Source of the DNA: Carcharhinus longimanus
Lineage: Eukaryota
NCBI GenBank assembly: GCA_030264375.1
Contig: JASCQW010000128.1
Span: 16,453,395 to 16,510,750, forward strand
Direction of reading: 5' to 3'
DNA length: 57,356 nt
Shown: one piece after another, positions 53,767 to 57,356 of the stretch
How the letters are laid out: each line of letters opens with the position of its first letter
How positions within the stretch are numbered: position 1 is the first letter of the stretch
Notes under the pieces: model-generated
Seen by the model: only the letters and a program-made list of their open reading frames with translations
Databases searched by the model: none
Told to the model about the DNA's origin: nothing
Position numbers and translations under genes: made by a program

Positions 53767-53865
53767 TGATGTGGAGATGCTGGCGTTGGACTGGGATAAA
53801 ACAGAAAGAAATCCCACAATACCAGTTTAAAGTTAGACTTTAAACTGGTGTGGGATTTCTTTCTT
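53767..53865 (-). mobile_element. short foldback Penelope-derived insertion with 12-bp TSD
   Basis: ATAGTTTAAGAA at 53755-53766 and 53866-53877; internal inverted repeat. Confidence 0.7.
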
Positions 53866-56298
53866 ATAGTTTAAGAAAGCAGCTGACCAGTACCTTCTCG
53901 AGGGCAATTAGGGATGGGCAATAAATGCCGGCCTCCCTATATCCCTTGAATGAATAAAAACACAACAGATTGAAAAGGGAGTGTCAGGTAAGGTTCGGAT
54001 AGGTCAGGCTATGAAGATCCTCATCAAACAACCACCACATAAGCTGCCTGATGCTTCTTCCACTCTCGATCACACAGGAACGATTAGCACTCAGATAAGA
54101 TACCAAAGATGTACCCATGCGAATCTACCTCACCCAGATGTCAAGTCTAGCGTTACGTCACACATCTGGTCAGAAGTGAAACCACAAGTTAGTCAGAGGC
54201 TTACTCTTACCAAAATATGACTGAAATTTCACTTTGTAACAGGGCTGAAAAGTTCAGCAACAAATTGACAGAATCAAGACAAACCTGTCGTGCAGAGAAA
54301 AAAAAAGTTTTGATTGGGAGGAGGGAACCTTGACCAGGAGAACGCCAAACCTCCACCATTAACCTGAAACAACAGAACATGTACCAGTAGCTTTCCTCAT
54401 TGGAGTCAGTCTTGTCCACATTAGAGTGGAGTTTGAATCCACAACATTCAGAAGCAAGGGTATCACCAACTAAGTCAAGCATATTCAGGGTTGCTGATAA
54501 GATTGATGAGAGCCATCAGACAGTTAGACTACCATCTCTTTCCAACTCTCACTTACTTGCAATTGTACATGGGATTTCAGCCGAAGAAAATAATCTGTTC
54601 CCGCAATGCACTTCACTCCAGCATTGGGTTTGAGCTGTTTGTGTTGAAGCCATGAGCTGCAGGACGCCTGGACACCTCTCAAGCTAATTCATTAGATGCA
54701 CTGACACAGAAATTTAGACTACGTGCTCTAATGATATGGGCATACATAGTATGTCAGCACAGAAACATACAGCCCAACTAGTCTATGCTGGTGTTTGGAA
54801 GCCTCCTCCCAATCCTACTTCATAGCAGCCTATCCACCACATACCTTCTGTCTTGTTGTCTCCACTTGTCTTTATCGAGTTTCCTCATAAAGGCATCTGT
54901 ACTGATCTATTTCCAGGTAAGTGACTTTTGAAGTGCTTGCCAGGTTTGAAATGGGTGGGACAATCTGCAAAGAGTCGCATGGAGGAAAAGGAGGAAACCA
55001 ATAAACCACACATACATACACACACAGGTCCAGTCTGTACAAGCAGCTTGCTCACCTGCAGTTTGAAACAATGCATTTAAACCATGACATGGATTCCCTT
55101 TAAATGGATAATGTTTCTTTGTTCATGCAGGGATCTTGTCTGCCAGGCCAGTGTGGGGAGTGGGCTCCTGGACCTCTCCCCACCCCACTTCCTGCAACTT
55201 CTTTTACCGTGTTTATCTCTCTGCTCTCCATCCCAAACATCTCATGGAAACTTGGGAGGGGTGATGGAATCCAACGTGGTCAGGGTCACCATGGGAACCC
55301 CAATTGTTGCATCGTGCTATGATTGACAGGACATTGAGAGAGCAATGTGATCCTCAATAGACTGCAATGCACAATTAAGTAATTAAATGCAAACAAGAGA
55401 CTGCTTCAGAAGATTAAGCCACTCTCAACTCAGAACCAGAGATACTAATGGAAATACATTAGGTTATTATTGCCAATTTCAAATTAAACAAGCCAAAGTG
55501 ACGCAAACTGGTATAAAAACAACTTCGACACTGGTCAGGATGCACTCACATAAATAATAAACTTTTGTCCTTCTGCTAAAGGGTTAATGGAGGTAAAAAT
55601 CTCTGCAATGGGACAGGAGCTAGGTCTCAATGCAAGAATTTTGTGGGTTTTAGCACAAGTCACTAAAAGCTTGATAAAAGAGGCTGACTGTAAGGAATGC
55701 CCTAAAAGTCCAAAGGCTCAGTGAGAATTCCAGAGCATGGGGCCACTAATGTATTGAAGGAAATCAAGGATGCATGAGGGCAGAGTGGGAGGACAGCAGA
55801 GATCTTGGAGGGTTGCGGGGGTGCTGGAAGTGGTTACAGAGATAGGAAGGGGTGAAGCCATGGAGGGATTTGACTCTGAGGATGAGAATTTTAAAATGAT
55901 GGTGTTGCTGGACTGGAAACCAATAAATGTCAGTGAGCACAAGAGTGATAAAACAGAGCTCAAAAATCAAACAAAACAGCCCCAATCCACAGCAAGCTAA
56001 TCATTCCACATGAATGTACAAAGACAGGCACGTCTACACATGAACCCCTTCATATTAGAACCATGAGTCATCCTGTGCAGCAGGCTCCAGAACTAAACAT
56101 ACGGCTAACACTGGGCACAGTATGGCTGCTGGCTTCTCTCTCTTCTTGAAATGGGGATTTTTCAAATGATGGCCTAATTCCTTGAAAAAAAACTAAGTAT
56201 TTTGAAAATTAAATCTCGCAAAGGCAAAATCCTTCAGTTTAAAAGCTTACCAAGATTTGTTAAAAACATATTAAAAAGACTTACATAGACAGACATGG

Positions 56299-56501
56299 TA
56301 AGAAGTCTCACAACACCAGGCTAAAGTCCCACAGGTTTATTTGAAATCACAAGCTTTCAGAGTGCTGCTGTTTCATCAGGTGAGTGTGTCCACTCACCTG
56401 AGGAAGGAGCAGTGCTCCGAAAGCTCGTGACTTTGACTTTAGCCCGGTATTGTGAGACCTCTTGCTGTGCCCATCCCAGTCCAATGCTGGAATCTCCACA
56501 T
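56299..56501 (+). mobile_element. palindromic Penelope-derived element with hammerhead ribozyme cores and 15-bp TSD
   Basis: CATAGACAGACATGG at 56284-56298 and 56502-56516; inverted arms around 56387-56390. Confidence 0.75.
56394..56430 (+). ncRNA. minimal type I hammerhead ribozyme motif (PLE-type)
   Basis: TCAC-CTGAGGA-A-GGAGC-AGT-GCTCC-GAAA-GCTC-GTGA: stem I TCAC/GTGA, core CUGANGA and GAAA, stem II GGAGC/GCTCC, palindromic AGCT stem III. Confidence 0.6.
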
Positions 56502-56967
56502 CATAGACAGACATGGACATAAAACAACAGTCAATGGGAGATGCTCAGACTACCAAGCAGTACAGTGTACCACAAGCCTTCTAAAGATCTCAACTTTGTG
56601 CCAAAACTCATTACAATTATACCGCTTTTAATCTAAGTTCTTCCCACTAATTAGCTTAAATCAATTCTATTGCATATTAAATTGTCAGTCTTTATCATGT
56701 CAAATGTCTCAATCAATTGCAAATACACCACCTGATATAATGATATCTTTATTGGTGTGTTCTAATTCCAAATTAAACTTCTTTTAGCATTCTTATTTCT
56801 GAAATTTCATCTTTGTTTTATCATCAGCAGCTTGCTAAAATTTAGATTGTATCAGATTTCTGGGTCTGAAAATCCGATACTTTCCACGCTTCTACCAGCA
56901 TTTTTTTAATTTGATATAATTTGTTTCGTCTAATGTTCTTGTTTTGAAACATTGTATTTTATTGAAC

Positions 56968-57082
56968 TGGCTAAGATCAAGTGTATTATTGACATGCTGC
57001 ACTTGGTTGAAGTCATTAGGTTACATTTTAACTTCATTTGAAGCAATTTTTAAAAGCAGCATCACGGCCTTTTGACTAAGAT
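56968..57082 (+). pseudogene. two short U2 snRNA 5' fragments
   Basis: TGGCTAAGATCAAGTGTA (56968-56985, U2 nt 18-35) and CGGCCTTTTGACTAAGAT (57065-57082, U2 nt 10-27 with 1 mismatch). Confidence 0.6.
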
Positions 57083-57194
57083 GCAAATGAGGTCAAGCCT
57101 TGGAGGAGGAGCTACACCTACTCCAATTACCTTGGATCATGTAGATCAAGCCCAGGACAGGAGGTGAGAGCCCTGTCTTGTTGGTTTTGATCGG

Positions 57195-57356
57195 GAACAG
57201 AACATAGAACACTACAGCACAAACATAAAACTTCCACAAGTTGCGCCGATCATATCCATCCCACCAGGCCTATCTATAGCTCTCAATCCCATTAAATCCC
57301 ATATACTCATCCAGAAGTCTCTTAAAAGACCCCAGCGAGTTTGCCTCTACCACCAC
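57195..57356 (-). mobile_element. CR1-type LINE 3' end
   Basis: aacagaacatagaacactacagcac tail plus ...ctcttaaaagacccc...gcctctaccaccac. Confidence 0.6.

Noticed and set aside
56968-57082. Functional U2 snRNA gene
   Set aside because: Only two 18-nt 5' pieces; no Sm site, 3' stem-loops or recognisable 3' box.

Overview
Vertebrate genomic DNA with several N gaps. The repeat content (V-SINE/HE1-like and Deu-domain SINEs, CR1 LINEs, Penelope-like remnants) points to a cartilaginous fish, probably a shark; this is inference. Three spliced genes can be built by hand with GT-AG junctions. (1) The last five coding exons of a NUDT9-type ADP-ribose pyrophosphatase on + (1464-4256); the 5' exons lie outside the window. 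(2) A complete 19-coding-exon GH31 lysosomal acid alpha-glucosidase on - (33449-5309, 2850 nt, 949 aa), probably the non-mammalian GAA2-type paralog. (3) A small Maf bZIP gene on - (48863-47407, 141 aa) with mixed MAFG/MAFK features. The rest is mostly decayed retroelements. The most interesting items are a TSD-flanked palindromic Penelope-derived element carrying back-to-back minimal hammerhead ribozyme cores (56284-56516), two adjacent U2 snRNA 5' fragments followed by a hairpin (56968-57180), and the atypical small Maf, which has a Trp at a zipper a-position and a stop-start uORF. No prokaryotic systems are present. Repeat boundaries are approximate, and comparisons to human genes are from memory, not computed.
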